From: Octopus sinensis
Lineage: Eukaryota
DNA: 21,609 nucleotides
Direction of reading: 5' to 3'
Assembly (NCBI RefSeq): GCF_006345805.1
Contig: NW_021823654.1
Span: 1-21,609 of the forward strand
Shown here: positions 19,745 through 21,609 of the stretch, in pieces
Layout of the letters: each line of letters starts with the position of its first letter
How positions within the stretch are numbered: position 1 is the stretch's first letter
Program-made: the position numbers and the translations under genes
Notes under the pieces: model-generated
Seen by the model: the letters and a program-made list of their open reading frames with translations, nothing else
Database searches by the model: none
What the model was told of the DNA's origin: nothing

Positions 19745-20405
19745 ACACTGCATCGCGGCACCTTGAGCTAGTGTCTTCTATTACTTATTTCTTTATTGCC
19801 CACAGAGGGGACAAACATGGACAGACAAAGGGATTAAGTCGATTACATCGACTCCCAGTGCGTAACTGGTACTTAATTTATCGACTCGGAAAGGATGAAA
19901 GGCAAAGTCGACCTCGGCAAGCCCTTCCGATCTGATCAATGCCTTGTGAGTGAATTTGGTAGACGGAAACTGTGTGGAAGCCCATACACACACATGTCTA
20001 GGTGTGTAAGTCTTTGTGCCCGTGTTTGTCACTCCTCCCAGCCAACTACTTGACAACAGGTGATGGTTTGTTTACGTCCTATGTAACTTAGCGGTTCGGC
20101 AAAAGAGACCGGTGGAATACGTACCTGACTTTTAAAAAAGGGATTCAACAACTAGAGATCGATGAAATACATAGAAGACTGAAACGAGAACTTGGATAAA
20201 TAAATAAATAAATAAACAAAATAGATATTAGGGTCGATTCATTCGACTAAAAATGTTTCAAGGCGGTGCTCCAGCATGGCCGCAGTCTGATAACAGAAAT
20301 AAGTAAAAGATAAAAGCATACTAGGATCGATTTGTTCGACTAAAAAAACCCCGAGCTGATGCTCCAGCATGACCGCAGTTCAACAAATGAAACAATTAAA
20401 ACAAA
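19745..20405 (+). mobile_element. SINE family A, interrupted, with a duplicated 3' tail
   Basis: Family A segments at 19745-19782 and 19920-20318; a second gatcgatttgttcgact...gctccagcatgaccgcag tail at 20320-20405. Confidence 0.8.
19783..19919 (-). mobile_element. SINE family B, 5'-truncated, inserted in a family A copy
   Basis: Matches 2753-2900; the flanks gtgtcttctatta and agccc...gccttgtgag rejoin into the family A sequence. Confidence 0.85.
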
Positions 20406-20410
20406 AGACA

Positions 20411-20750
20411 GTGGAGGCACATGGCCTAGTGGTTAGAGCAGTTCACTCGCGGTCGAGGGATCGCGGGTCCGAATCTGAGACCGGGCGATGTGTGTGTGTG
20501 TGTGTGTTTATGAGCGGAACACCTAAGCTCCACGCGGCTCCGACAGAAGGTAATGGCGAAACTTGTGCTGACTCTTTCGCCACAACTTTCTCTCATTCTT
20601 TCCTCCTGCATCTTGCAGAACTCACCTGCGACAGACCGACGTCTCTTCCAGGTGGGGAACCTATACGCCAAGGAAACCAGGAAACCGGTCCTTTTGAGCC
20701 AAGCGTGGCTCGAGAAGGAACAGACAACAACAACAAAACAAAATTGCTGT
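20411..20750 (+). mobile_element. tRNA-derived SINE (family C-like), full-length
   Basis: Head gtggaggcacatggcctagtggttagagcag (A box) and gggtccgaatc (B box), internal (TG)n, 3' ggctcgagaagg plus (CAA)n tail. Confidence 0.8.
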
Positions 20751-20877
20751 CGCAATTACGTGGAAAGATATATATATAAATATAGGTCTGAATCGTTTTT
20801 GTTCTTCGAAATTGCCTGAGCCAAACCACTGTCTCGATCCATTCGTTTCTCTATGTCAGGTCACCCTCGTTGTGTGT

Positions 20878-21210
20878 CAGGCCCGTAGCCAGACTTTGGT
20901 GCCTGGAAGCGCTTCAGACAGAATATTCTCGTTGGGCGCTAATTTGGAATAATGCGAAGGAGGAATTTAGAAATACTATCGTGGACGAAAGTTTGGAACA
21001 TTTTTTGTTAAATCGAAATTGTTATGCACAGTATACACTGCGACCAAATATAAACTTTGGGCATTTAACATAACAATTCTAATTTTCAGACCTATGTTCC
21101 AAACTTTTAGCTATGGCTGTAAGTATACCAATGTAAATCTGGGGGTGGACCATTGAATAGTAAGGGGAGTAGTGCCGTCCAGTGCAGCCCCTTAGCGACC
21201 GACGGGCATA
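20878..21210. mobile_element. hAT-like MITE
   Basis: Left TIR caggcccgtagcca and degenerate right end gaccgacgggcata; 8-bp TSD ttgtgtgt / tcgtgtgt. Confidence 0.6.
20976..21119. mobile_element. Tc1/mariner-like MITE nested in the hAT MITE
   Basis: TA on both sides; TIRs share an exact 13-mer, aaagtttggaaca (20988-21000) / tgttccaaacttt (21095-21107). Confidence 0.7.
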
Positions 21211-21263
21211 TCGTGTGTACAACTCGGTTGACATGCAGGTTTAGACAGTTCAGAAAATATGTC

Positions 21264-21609
21264 GGATCTTTTCGGTTTGAACGGCAGTTTTTTTCTAGCT
21301 GTCCATATGAAATTGTCCCCCATAATTATGACCCTAGTATCGATCTATTGCATTTTAATCTGTTTTAGGGTTAGGATTAGAGGGGTTAGTTAGGGTTGGG
21401 GGGAAGGGTATCTTTTTTTCTTCAGAAATGTAAAAAAACCCAATCTGTTTCTTAAACGAGGGACATATTCATGCGGCACAGAATGTTTTTCACCTCAATA
21501 GACGTCATTGATTGGTTGAAATCGCAGAAATTAATGAAAAAAAAAAAAACAAATATCTTACAAACCATAGAATTTTCTCAATAGAACCAAGAGAAAAAGA
21601 TGTTTTATA
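21264..21609. mobile_element. Non-autonomous DNA-transposon-like repeat running off the window end
   Basis: Begins ggatcttttcggtttgaacggcagtttt and has an internal degenerate (TTAGGG)-like tract. Recalled as an abundant octopus MITE-like repeat; the second TIR is not in the window. Confidence 0.5.

Noticed and set aside
20369-20829. Overlapping ORFs of 78-136 aa
   Set aside because: They lie within a SINE (tRNA head, A/B boxes, CAA tail).
21365-21400. TTAGGG-like repeats suggesting a telomere
   Set aside because: Only a few degenerate units, internal to a MITE-like repeat.
1-21609. CRISPR array or prokaryotic operon-like system
   Set aside because: No regularly spaced repeat-spacer structure or gene-dense coding; the content is typical eukaryotic repeat-rich DNA.

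Overview
Repeat-dominated, AT-rich eukaryotic non-coding DNA, most likely an intron or intergenic stretch of a coleoid cephalopod (Octopus-like). The taxon is inferred from recognising the SINE families and the extreme microsatellite load, not from a database search. No protein-coding gene can be identified with confidence, and nearly all ORFs in the supplied track are microsatellite or SINE read-through artefacts. The window holds about 12 copies or fragments of one tRNA-derived SINE (family A, with an internal microsatellite), 4 copies of a second SINE (family B, Nin/Deu-like core) and 3 of a third (family C). It also holds 3' ends of two LINEs (an RTE clade and a CR1/L2-like one), several small DNA-transposon MITEs (hAT, Tc1/mariner, Tigger, one unclassified) and many simple repeats. 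The most interesting signal is a set of five short Penelope-like terminal-repeat elements, plus one weaker motif, each carrying a minimal type-I hammerhead-ribozyme-like fold with variant catalytic cores. There is also a chain of minus-strand exon-like cassettes (weak evidence for a spliced transcript) and a near-perfect 99-nt hairpin.
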